Virus record (IMG/VR): IMGVR_UViG_3300047445_000314
Location: 1-64,000 of that record
Origin: a virus
Strand: one strand, 5' to 3'
Length of the DNA stretch: 64,000 nucleotides
Every line of letters starts with the position of its first letter. Position 1 is the first letter of the stretch. The notes below the pieces were generated by a model. That model had not been told where the DNA came from. It ran no database searches and worked only from the letters and a program-made list of their open reading frames with translations. Both the position numbers and the translations under genes were made by a program. This document shows, piece after piece, positions 51,258-60,900 of the stretch.

Positions 51258-52757
51258 ATGACCAGCAAACGCATTGCCCGCAGCGCAGCCGGTAACCTCG
51301 TCAAGGTGGACACGCCGGAATTCCTGAGCCTGGTCGGCAAGCCCGCCAACCAGCGCCCGTTCCAGATCATCCGTTCGGCCCGCCCAGCCAAGGCCAAGCG
51401 CGGCGAGGACGCGGTCCTGATGATCACCTTCCCAGATGACTACACCGAGGAAGACGCCGCCGCCGCGCTGGAGAGCTTCGGCATGGAAGGCTACACCCTG
51501 GTGGTCGAGGAGACGCTGTGCTACGCCTACCGCAGCGATTTGCAATCAGTTGCAAAAGTCCAGGAACTGAAGCCCACCACGGTACGCCTGACCTCGGACG
51601 GCGTCACGGCACACATCGATCCGGCGCAATACCAGCCGAAATCGGGCAGCGAAGGCACCGGCATTGGCGTGTGCCGTTACGAATTCACCAAAACCACGTT
51701 CGATAATGACAAAATTATTGCGTGGGGTAATCAAAATGGTGTTGACATTTCCGTCGACGCCATCGAGAATTCGTCCAGCGATGTGATTTCGGTTTCCCGC
51801 GCGCAACTTACCGAGGGTACCGAGGTCCGCAGGATGGAGCTGGAGGCAGGTGTCACCGCCGTCATCGTCCGCACCGATGGCATGCAGATCATCGACGGCG
51901 CGATCAAGATTCCGGACGGCTTTGTCGCCGTGGTCAATGAAGCAGCCTACGGCAACTGGGGCTGGGGTCAGATGGACTTCTACGCAGCCAGCGCCGACCG
52001 CGCCTTCTGCGAAGAGATGGAAGACGCGGCGTGGCGTCTGCGGGATGTGATGAGCAACATCATGTTCTACAACCAGCTTCCGCTGGATACCCGCAAGCAA
52101 CTGGTGACGCGGTGCTTGCAGCAATATGGACAGTTCATCTCGGATGCAATGGATGCGCTGCCCCGTCAAGTTTTGCTGCTCGCCAGTCGCGCAGATTCCA
52201 TTAAACGAAAGGATGTTGACATGACTATCGATGCCGTGAAAGCCCAGCAAGAACTGGACAAGATCGTCGCCAAACGCGCCGCCGATGAAAAAATCGCCCA
52301 GGATGCCGCCGATAAGGCTGCCGCCGAGAAAGCAGAAATCCAGCGCGCCGCTGACGAGAAAATCGCCACCGACAAGGCTGCTGCTGACAAGGCCACCGCC
52401 GACGCGGTCTCGCTGACCATGACCCGCGCCGACCTGGACAAGATGATCGCCGACGCCGTGGCCAAGGCTACCACCGCCGCGCCTGCTGTCACGACCGAAA
52501 CCGCCGTACGCAGCGAAGCCACCACCACGACTACCACGACTCCTGCTACCGCAGAAGCTCCGGTCGCCATCACCCGTGCCGATCTGGAAGCCCTGCTGGC
52601 TGCCGCCGTCGCCCCGCTGGCGGAAAAGGTCGGCCGCCTGGAAGGCACCACCATCGTCCGCAGCGCGGATGGCAACGAAACTGCCGCTGTGACCGCTACC
52701 GAGAAGAGAAGTGTCTTCCGTGGCATCTTCAACAATCTGACCGGCACCCCCGAGTAA
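51258..52757 (+). CDS. Scaffolding / head-assembly protein
   Basis: N-terminal 'LSLVGKPAN', Ala/Lys coiled-coil C-terminus; lies between the protease and the capsid gene. Confidence 0.7.
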   Translation: MTSKRIARSAAGNLVKVDTPEFLSLVGKPANQRPFQIIRSARPAKAKRGEDAVLMITFPDDYTEEDAAAALESFGMEGYTLVVEETLCYAYRSDLQSVAKVQELKPTTVRLTSDGVTAHIDPAQYQPKSGSEGTGIGVCRYEFTKTTFDNDKIIAWGNQNGVDISVDAIENSSSDVISVSRAQLTEGTEVRRMELEAGVTAVIVRTDGMQIIDGAIKIPDGFVAVVNEAAYGNWGWGQMDFYAASADRAFCEEMEDAAWRLRDVMSNIMFYNQLPLDTRKQLVTRCLQQYGQFISDAMDALPRQVLLLASRADSIKRKDVDMTIDAVKAQQELDKIVAKRAADEKIAQDAADKAAAEKAEIQRAADEKIATDKAAADKATADAVSLTMTRADLDKMIADAVAKATTAAPAVTTETAVRSEATTTTTTTPATAEAPVAITRADLEALLAAAVAPLAEKVGRLEGTTIVRSADGNETAAVTATEKRSVFRGIFNNLTGTPE

Positions 52758-52799
52758 CCTGGCGCGTAGCATCTTTTCACCTTACTAACGGAGTAACAA

Positions 52800-53744
52800 A
52801 TGACCACTAGCACCGAACGCCTGCTGCGCGCCGATATTGCGCTGTCCAACCTGGCCTCCAACGGCGGCCTGCTTCTGCCTGAACAGGCCAACCAGTTCAT
52901 CGACTTTGTCGTTGAGCAACCAACCATGCTGGCCCAAGTGCGTCAACAGCGCATGAACGGCCCGCAAATGAAAATCAACCGTTTGGGCTTCGACTCGCGC
53001 ATCATGCACGCCGCGACCCAGACCGGTGGCCAGAACGACTCCGGCTCGAACGATCGCTGGCTGGCCGCTGCCAAACGCAGCAAGCCGCTGTCCTCGCAAA
53101 TCCAGCTCGACACCAAGGAATACATCGCTGAAGTACGTATCCCGTACGAAGTGATGGAAGACAACATCGAGCAGGGCAATTTCGAGGAACACGTCCTGCG
53201 CCAGATGGCCGCCCGCGCCGCGCTGGACTTCGAGGAGTTCGCTATCTTCTCCGACACCGGCTCCGGCGACGCCGACCTGCTGGTACAGGATGGCTGGCTG
53301 AAACGCATCACCTCGAACGTGCTGGACAACGCCTCGGCCGGTCCGAAGGACTCGATGGTGACCGCCGCCCTGCTGGCTATCCCGCAGCGCTACCTGCGCA
53401 ACCTGCCAGCGATGCGCATGTTCTTGTCGATCGCCAACAAGATCAAGTTCCAGGCCGACCGCATCAACCGCATCGGCGCGCTGGGTGACCAGTCGGCGGT
53501 AGCCAACGTGGACCTGTACTCGCAGGGCGTGAAGATCGAGCCGACCGCCACCATGGCCTCGGATGGCGTCGGTGCGAAGGGCATCTTCACCTACCCGCAA
53601 AACCTGGTGTTCGGCATCCAGCGCCAGATCACCGTGGAAACCGACAAAGATATCCGCTCGCGCGAATACATCATTGTGGTTACCGCACGTATCGCGCTGC
53701 AAGTCGATGACCAGGTCGGCGCGCTGAAGCTGATCAACGTCTGA
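52800..53744 (+). CDS. Major capsid protein (HK97 fold, XkdG/P2-like)
   Basis: 'GGLLLPEQANQFID', 'EDNIEQGNFE', 'DGWLKR', 'NLVFGIQRQITVETDKDI'. Confidence 0.93.
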   Translation: MTTSTERLLRADIALSNLASNGGLLLPEQANQFIDFVVEQPTMLAQVRQQRMNGPQMKINRLGFDSRIMHAATQTGGQNDSGSNDRWLAAAKRSKPLSSQIQLDTKEYIAEVRIPYEVMEDNIEQGNFEEHVLRQMAARAALDFEEFAIFSDTGSGDADLLVQDGWLKRITSNVLDNASAGPKDSMVTAALLAIPQRYLRNLPAMRMFLSIANKIKFQADRINRIGALGDQSAVANVDLYSQGVKIEPTATMASDGVGAKGIFTYPQNLVFGIQRQITVETDKDIRSREYIIVVTARIALQVDDQVGALKLINV

Positions 53745-53764
53745 TCAACGGCAGCCGGTAATAG

Positions 53765-53801
53765 AAGGCGGGTACGGGCTTGGTCCATGCCCGCCTTTTT
53801 T
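53765..53801 (+). terminator. Terminator after the capsid gene
   Basis: AAGGCGGGTA.GGGC/GTCC.TGCCCGCCTT stem followed by a T-run. Confidence 0.8.
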
Positions 53802-53844
53802 GTTTTGAAATTGATTGCATAATTTACGACAAAGGATAGGTATA

Positions 53845-54219
53845 ATGAAAACCCTGAAAATGAGCGGCCTGGACAACTACATCTCCCCTGTGACCAAATT
53901 CACCACCATCACCCGCGACAAGGTGTTGCGTGTGGACGACAGCGATGCCGAGCGCATGCTGCAAGGTGAGGAGTGGAACACGACCAAAGGTATCTACCCG
54001 CACTTTGAAGTCGTCGGCGACGATGTGCGGCCGGACTACGATTTCACCACCGCGACCGTCACGGAAGTAACCACAGCACCGGTCGCGCCGCTGGTCCTGG
54101 ATACCGCAGCCTTCCTGGAGGAGTCGACCGCAGAGACTGACGACCCGGCACCGGCCCCCGCCGTGGTAAAGGGCAAGAGCCAGCGCGTGGCCCGCAAGTC
54201 CGCCTCCGCTACCGCCTAA
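53845..54219 (+). CDS. Hypothetical head-associated protein
   Basis: Position after the capsid gene. Confidence 0.55.
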   Translation: MKTLKMSGLDNYISPVTKFTTITRDKVLRVDDSDAERMLQGEEWNTTKGIYPHFEVVGDDVRPDYDFTTATVTEVTTAPVAPLVLDTAAFLEESTAETDDPAPAPAVVKGKSQRVARKSASATA

Positions 54220-54234
54220 GCAAAGAGACCCGCC

Positions 54235-54897
54235 ATGCCCTATCTGATCGATCCTACCGCTGCGGCAGCCTCCATCGGTGCCAAGTGCACCGGCTCGGTC
54301 GGGCCGGATGACAGCGCGCTGCTGAATATCCTCAACTACCTGCTACCACGGGTAGAAGATGCGATGGGTGTGGCATCCCTGACCTTCGGTGAAACGGTCG
54401 ATACCTTCGACCTTCCCGTGCTGGCCAGCGGCGTGCAACCGCGCGATGCCAGGTTGCGCCTATCCAACGGCTATGTGGAAAATTCCGAGGATTTCCCGGT
54501 CACGATCACAGGTCCGGACGGTTTGCCGGTCAGCACCTGGTCGATCGACCTCCGTCTGGGCGTGGTGATCCTGGCAGCAGGCTGGAAAGCCGGTAGCTAC
54601 ACCGTCACTTACAGTGCCGGTTTCAGCACGCCCGAGGTGGACCCGGACATCGACCCGCCACTCACTCCGCTGTTTGAGGATGTGCCGCTGTGGATCGAGG
54701 GCGTGGTCGTCACCTTGCTGGTGCAATGGTACCGCGTCAATCAGAAGGTATTAAAACTGCCGGACAACGTGCGCTACGGCGAGCTGATGGTGCCGTTGCA
54801 GAAAGATATCACCACCCGCGTCTACATGCGCTACCAGCGCCCGCGCGATTGCGTGTGGCCGGTGAACTCCACCCGCGCGGACGGTATGCGCGTATGA
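54235..54897 (+). CDS. Head-tail adaptor/connector
   Basis: 'VTYSAGF...VPLWIEGVV..LL..WY' adaptor pattern; position. Confidence 0.75.
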   Translation: MPYLIDPTAAAASIGAKCTGSVGPDDSALLNILNYLLPRVEDAMGVASLTFGETVDTFDLPVLASGVQPRDARLRLSNGYVENSEDFPVTITGPDGLPVSTWSIDLRLGVVILAAGWKAGSYTVTYSAGFSTPEVDPDIDPPLTPLFEDVPLWIEGVVVTLLVQWYRVNQKVLKLPDNVRYGELMVPLQKDITTRVYMRYQRPRDCVWPVNSTRADGMRV

Positions 54898-55403
54898 GCG
54901 AAGACACCAAATTTGTACAGGGTGCGGCCAAGCTATCGCAGCGCATCGCCACCATCCGTGACCGGCTGGCGTTGCCGGTCATGGTTGAGCAGATCGGTAA
55001 GCGCCTACTGGAGCGTACCTGGGACCGCTTCGACAAGCAGGTGGACCCGGACGGCGTCAAATGGAAGAAGCTGGAGGACAGCACGCTGGAGCGGCGTGCG
55101 CGGGCAGGCATCACCTCGAATGAGATTCTAAAACGTTCGCGCCGCCTGCGCGAATCAATCAAGATCATCAAGGGTGGTGCAGGCTCCACCTTCTTCAATA
55201 CCGGCGCGGGTCTGCGCATCGGTATCGACCCATCGGCCACCGGCACGCGCGGTGAGTCCATGGCTGCCTATGCCGCTGTCATGCAGCGCGGTGACAACAA
55301 ACATGGCACAAAGCCACGGCGTTTCCTGGGTATCGGCGCGCTGGACGTCAAATCGGTCGATAGCCTGCTGCGCCGCGCGGGCGACAATGCAGTGGAGGAA
55401 TAG
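54894..55403 (+). CDS. Virion morphogenesis / tail completion protein (Mu gpG / P2 S-like)
   Basis: 'RFDKQVDPDG.KW..L..ST', 'YAAVMQRG', 'P.RRFLG'. Confidence 0.85.
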   Translation: MSEDTKFVQGAAKLSQRIATIRDRLALPVMVEQIGKRLLERTWDRFDKQVDPDGVKWKKLEDSTLERRARAGITSNEILKRSRRLRESIKIIKGGAGSTFFNTGAGLRIGIDPSATGTRGESMAAYAAVMQRGDNKHGTKPRRFLGIGALDVKSVDSLLRRAGDNAVEE

Positions 55404-55405
55404 AG

Positions 55406-55909
55406 ATGAACTTGCTGAACCGCGACATGGACATGATCGAGCGCATGGAGAGCGATCTGGTCCAGAAGGTACAAAGTGCCTACCAGTCGGTGCCTGACCT
55501 GCACCCAAACGTGCATGGTGTTTTCTCGCTCGACAATCTGGAAGCCATGCTGGCGACCGACCTGTGCCAGCACATCGGCGTCGGTATCGGCTACCTGGAA
55601 ACCAAGCCGCACCGTCCCCCGGAACAGAATACCAACGCTGCGCGCGGCAGCAGCGGTCTGATGGCGTTGTTCTCGTATCTGATCATCCTGGCGGTACCCA
55701 CCGAGGAAGCGTGCGGTACCAGGCATAACGCGACCAAGCTGCTGACCTTGCTGCGCGCGGGTATCCAAGGCTCGTTCGTCACCGACGACGCCGCCAACCG
55801 CGCATGGACCTTTGTCGGCGAAAAACCTGAAATTAGTGCTTCCACGAAAGACATGCTGTACTATTCGCAGGTATGGCAAATTGCCTTACCTATTGCAGGT
55901 AACCCGTAA
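55406..55909 (+). CDS. Tail terminator-like protein
   Basis: Position before the tail tube; 'YYSQVWQI' C-terminus. Confidence 0.6.
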   Translation: MNLLNRDMDMIERMESDLVQKVQSAYQSVPDLHPNVHGVFSLDNLEAMLATDLCQHIGVGIGYLETKPHRPPEQNTNAARGSSGLMALFSYLIILAVPTEEACGTRHNATKLLTLLRAGIQGSFVTDDAANRAWTFVGEKPEISASTKDMLYYSQVWQIALPIAGNP

Positions 55910-55927
55910 CTCAACTGGAGAATCATC

Positions 55928-56695
55928 ATGACTCGTCCTATCCCAACCAGCTACTACTACTCCGGTCAAGGTCGTCTGCTGATCGGTAAACGCAACGCCA
56001 CGACCGGCGCAGGCGAAAACTTCATCGCGGTCGGCAACGTCACCTCGCTGACGGTGGATATCGCCACCACCAAGTTCGAGCACAAGGAATCGATGTCGGG
56101 CAACCGCTCGATCGACGCCACCGTGATCACCGAGCAGAAGGGTACCTTCAAGTTCTCGACCGAATCGCTGTCGCTGGACAACCTGGCGCTGGGCCTGTAC
56201 GGCACCAAGCTCACCACCACCTCGGGCGCGGTCACCGCCGAGACGCACACCTACGAAGCAGGCCACATCATCGCGCTGAAGAAGCCGAAGGTCTCGGCCG
56301 TGATCGTCAAGGTTGGCGCGACCACCTGCGTACTGGGCACCGACTATGACATCGACACCGACTTCGGCACGATCTACCCGATCGCTACCTCGACTCTGAT
56401 CGTCGATGCTGCCGTGGTCAGCGTGGACTACACGGCTGGTGCCGTGGACCGCATGGACGCCTTCACCACCGGCACCGCGCCGGAGCGCTTCCTGCGCTTC
56501 GAGGGCCTGAACACCTACGACGGCAAGCTGGTCCTGCTGGAAGTGTTCCGCGCGGCAGTCGATCCAATGACCGGCCTGGAATACATCAACCAGGACTTCG
56601 GCAAGGCTGACTTCTCCGGCAACATCCTGCTGGACTCGCTGGTCACCGGCTCCGGCTCGAAGTACTTCCGCGAATACCAGTTCGCTGGTACCTAA
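55928..56695 (+). CDS. Major tail tube protein
   Basis: 'YYSGQGRL', 'VGNV..L', 'EHKES.SG.R', 'LRFEGLNT' siphovirus tail-tube motifs. Confidence 0.9.
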   Translation: MTRPIPTSYYYSGQGRLLIGKRNATTGAGENFIAVGNVTSLTVDIATTKFEHKESMSGNRSIDATVITEQKGTFKFSTESLSLDNLALGLYGTKLTTTSGAVTAETHTYEAGHIIALKKPKVSAVIVKVGATTCVLGTDYDIDTDFGTIYPIATSTLIVDAAVVSVDYTAGAVDRMDAFTTGTAPERFLRFEGLNTYDGKLVLLEVFRAAVDPMTGLEYINQDFGKADFSGNILLDSLVTGSGSKYFREYQFAGT

Positions 56696-56721
56696 GCCCC
56701 TGCGGGCGGATAGCAGCATCC

Positions 56722-56755
56722 AAGGGGAGAGGGCTTCGGCTCTTTCCCCTTTTTT
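56722..56755 (+). terminator. Terminator after the tail tube gene
   Basis: AAGGGGAGAGGGC-TTCG-GCTCTTTCCCCTT followed by a T-run. Confidence 0.85.
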
Positions 56756-57063
56756 CATTTCAGGAGAACGCCATGACCAGCATCAAAAATGCAATTGATT
56801 GCAAAGAGACCGAATACGTACTGACGGCGGTTGCCCCTTGTCAAGTATCTGGTGTAGACTTCGCCCCAGGTGCCACGATCCGTACACGCAACCAAGGTAG
56901 CCGGGATTACTTGGTCGACACGGGCGCGGCAGTGGAGGAGAAAGTAGAAAACGTAGACGTACCGGAGACACGACAGGTGTCCGAGGTTGCCGCAACATCA
57001 CCCACCGCGCGCGGTCGCATTGGCCGTAGCCGGTAATTTGTACCAACTGGATATAACAGGAGC

Positions 57064-57714
57064 ATGATCATGGTAGAAACGAACGCAGAAACCAACGCAG
57101 GCGGTCAGTACGTCCAGTCCACCCCGACGCCCTCCACCGGGCCTGCCGTGGCCGAGATCGCGGTGTCGCTGGAGACCATCGTCGACGAGATGTTCGCCGG
57201 TAGCCGCATGTCCTACACGCTCAAGAACGGCCGCACCGTTAATTTCCATACGGCAGTGTTCAAGCAGATTGCCACCGTTACGCGGCTGTTCCAGAACCTG
57301 TGCAACAACATCCCGCGCGAGCAGTTCATCGACCTGATCGCCACCATGGCGCATGAACAAATCAAGGCGATGGCGGCGGGTAAAGGCATCAACGACATCA
57401 ACCTGAACACCACCGAGTTAGTGGAAAAGGCCTTCGGCCAGCAATCGATCGTGCTGACCCTGTTTGCGTCCTGCATGGACTTCCTACCCGAGGCCATGCC
57501 CAACTTCTGCGATATCACCGAGGACGAGTTCAATCACCTGGAGATCGAGGACGCCATCATGGTGTGCCTGGGTGTGATCGGGATGAACTACGGTTTTTTT
57601 ACCCAGAGCTTGCCCCGGCTGTTCAAGACCGTCATCGGCGGATGGTCGAAAAAGAACGCCGCCGCCAGCACGGTCGCAAGCCTGTACGCACCCGCGACAA
57701 GCACGGCAAAGTAA
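57064..57714 (+). CDS. Tail assembly chaperone (gpG-like)
   Basis: Position before the tape measure; contains a slippery T7 run. Confidence 0.75.
   Translation: MIMVETNAETNAGGQYVQSTPTPSTGPAVAEIAVSLETIVDEMFAGSRMSYTLKNGRTVNFHTAVFKQIATVTRLFQNLCNNIPREQFIDLIATMAHEQIKAMAAGKGINDINLNTTELVEKAFGQQSIVLTLFASCMDFLPEAMPNFCDITEDEFNHLEIEDAIMVCLGVIGMNYGFFTQSLPRLFKTVIGGWSKKNAAASTVASLYAPATSTAK
57594..57600 (+). other. -1 programmed ribosomal frameshift site (T TTT TTT) producing the gpGT fusion ending at 57980
   Basis: In-frame GGT TTT TTT ACC; the -1 frame is open to 57980, immediately before the tape measure ATG at 57982. Confidence 0.8.
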
Positions 57715-57981
57715 TTTCCCCCGAAAAGGGGATGGACTTCGGTCTGTGGGTCCGCGATACGGTACAGAAGCTGGTGAGCCATCATCATCGTCTACAGGAC
57801 ATCGCGGAGTACCCACTGGACCGTGTAGTCACCCTCCTGGATGCGATCGACAGGGTCGATGCTAGGGCAAGGCTGGCGTTCGTCACCGACATGAGTGCAG
57901 TAGTGGGCGGTATGTTCGGTAGCGGAGACCATCTCAGCGAGCATATCGAGGACCTGACCGACGTATCTAAAGGAGAGTAAC

Positions 57982-60900
57982 ATGGCTGACAGCCAACTCA
58001 ACGTAACCATCCAGGCACGCGATGAGCTAAGCCCCGACTTGAACCGGCTGGAATCGAAGCTGATCCGGTTTGTCGGGGCGGTTACCTCTGCGCTGGCTGC
58101 CATCAAGATTTCCGGACTCCCTATCTCCACCGCAGGCGATCTGGAGCGCGAGCTGGCGAACGTCAAAAAGACGACTGGATTCACTACCACCCAGATTCTC
58201 GACCTGAATGACGGCTTGCTCAAGCTGTCCCTGCATAGCGACCAGTCCGCCTTAAACCTCGCAAAAATCTCCTCCGCCGCAGGCCAGCAAGGTCTCGGCG
58301 GGGCTGGTGTAGCAGGTGTGCTGAAGTTCACTGATTCGATCGCGCGCATGGCTTCGGTGCTGGATATCGAGGTGGGCAAGGCCGGGTCCGACATGGGCAA
58401 GTTGCTCAACATTTTCAAGATCGATATCAACGACGTTGAAAAGGCGGCGTCCGGTTTCAACGAAGTCACCAACCACGGTGCTATCAACGCAGGCAACCTG
58501 CTGGATGCCGTCAAGCGCATCGGTGCCGCAGCAGGCTCGATCAATGCCACGCCGCTGGAAAACCTGCGTGACGCTATCACGCTCGGCGCTACCGGCATCG
58601 AGCTTGGTCTGTCGCCCGAGGTAGTCGGCACCTCGTTCACCAAAATTCTCGTGCAGCTCAAGACCAAGCGTGCGGATATTATCAAGGCGCTGTCCAGGGC
58701 GGAAGGCAAGCCCGTCACCGAGGATGAATGGCTGGCGGATGTAGAGAAAAGCGGAATAAACGCCTACCTGCGCCTCACCAAGGCACTGCGCACCTTCACC
58801 GGGGCGGGCCAGGCGGAGCTGATCAGCAGGACGCAAGGTCAGGGCCGTATCTTCGGTCTAGGTGACAAGGCACTGCAAGACGTCAACGACGATCTGATAC
58901 GAAAGAATCGTGCCAACGCAGCCAAGGGGATCGACACCGGTACCTCCGCGCTGCGCGAGCAACAGACCGTCTTGAATACGTTCAATGCACAGGTCGAGAC
59001 GCTTAAAAATAGCCTATTTAAGCTCGCGGCGGACGGTGGCCAGCCACTGCTCGCCGTCCTGACCAAGTATGTCGGACAACTCGCGTTAGCACTACAGGCT
59101 CCCGGTATGCGCGCCTTTATCGGTGCTGTCGTCAAATCCTTCGGCGACATGATCGATCTGGCCGTCTCCCTTACTAAGGCCGTCTCGGCGCTTGGTATCA
59201 ACTGGGAGAACTTCATCAAGGTGGTGAAGGTACTACTGACGGTCAAGGCCGTATCGTATTTCCTGAATCTGGCGACTAGCCTGCCAATCATATCCGGCCT
59301 GCTCAAAAAGGTCACGGCAGACACAGCAGCGGTCGGCGCGGCAGCGACAGGTGCAGGAGCGGCCGTTGGCGCGTCCAACGCCAAACAGATGAACTCCTGG
59401 GAGGCGCTGCGTGCGTCAGTCAAAAAGACTGCTGACGCCTACCGCACTGCTTCCGCCGAGCGTATCGCCGCCGCTGAGAAGGAGGCTGCGGCAACAGCCG
59501 CATTAGCCGCGAAGGCGGCTGCCTCCTTTGCCGAAAAAGATGCTGCTATCGTCGCCGCATATCAGACCAAGGTGGCGAAGTCCGCCGCTGCGGCGTCACA
59601 GAAGCAGTCGCAGCCCGCACTGAATCAAGCCCGCGTTAGCTTGAATACCGCGCAAGGTGCGGTAGCCGCTGCGATCACGTCAGGCAATGCAGCCATACAA
59701 AATGGCGACGCCGCCCTGGCCAATGCCACCAATACCGGTCAAGTAGGAGTGGACAAGGCGGTCGCTATCGGCCAGGCAAAGCGCGCGGCGGCACTGAAGG
59801 AGCATGAAGCGCAGATGGCCGCTATTGAGGCGGAGGCGCGCGGCAAGCGTACTGCGGTCGATAAGGAAGCCAAAGCCTTTGCGCTGGCACAAGAGGAGGC
59901 CTTCTATACTAAGCAGCTTGCCTCATTAAAGGTGGCGGACGCCAAACGCATCCAGCAGGCCAAAGTCGCGGCGGATGCGTTGCTGCTCACCACCACGCAG
60001 CGGGTGGAGCAAGAGATACTGGCAGAAAATGCCAAATTACTGGCGATGCAGAAGGGCGCGGCGCAGGCGAACATCGCCAATGTTATTGCAATAAAAAATG
60101 CCGAGCAACTTGCTAAGCTGCGCGCCAACGCAGCAGCAGGTATCCTGCCGATCGTACCCACCACGGGTCCTGGATTGGGCGGAGGTCCGGCACCTGCCTC
60201 GCCTACCCCTCTACCACGCGCGCCTGCTGGCGGACTTTTCGCGGGGTTGAGCAAGCTCGAAGTATTGGCTGTTGGACTGACGGCGGTAGGTAATGCCCTG
60301 AAGTTTGTCCTAAGATGGCTGGGTCCGGTCTACCTGGGCTTTATCATCCTGGGTAGCATCGCCGACGCGCTAGGCTGGGTAGACATACTGCCCAAAGCCC
60401 TGCGCAATCTTGGCGACTGGCTAGGCTTCAGCAGCGAGGCTGCGCGTAAAGAGGCGCAGGCGATGGAGGAATCAACCGCTGCAATGAAGCGCAAGAATGA
60501 CCGCATCAAGGAGCAGGTAGACCAGTACAAGGAGCTGTTGCTGATCAACGGCAAGCTCGACAAGAACAAGTCCGACGACGTCACCAACAAGATCAAGCTG
60601 AATACCGACGCCAAGACCAAGGCGCAAGGGGTGGATCAGCTTGGTGCGTTGTTGAGTGCAGCGCGGCTGGTGAATACCGACGCACTGACAGAGGCCAGCG
60701 CACAGCCTGCTGTGGATGCCGCGAAGAAGAATGAACTAGACGCGTTTCCTGCCAAGATTGCTAAGGCCAAGGCGGAGTTGGCTCAACTGCAAAAATCGCT
60801 GCAAGACTCCAACACGGAGACTGCTGGGTTTTTTGCTACTGCTGTCGAGAAACGTACTGTCGAGCTGAAGACGATAGAGGACGCCTACGCAATCGCCTCT

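Noticed and set aside
51546-52772. Long minus-strand ORFs (this one, 52785-53702, 55886-56758, 57792-58718, 17784-18563 and others)
   Set aside because: Antisense shadows of well-supported + strand genes in GC-rich DNA, with no RBS or motifs.
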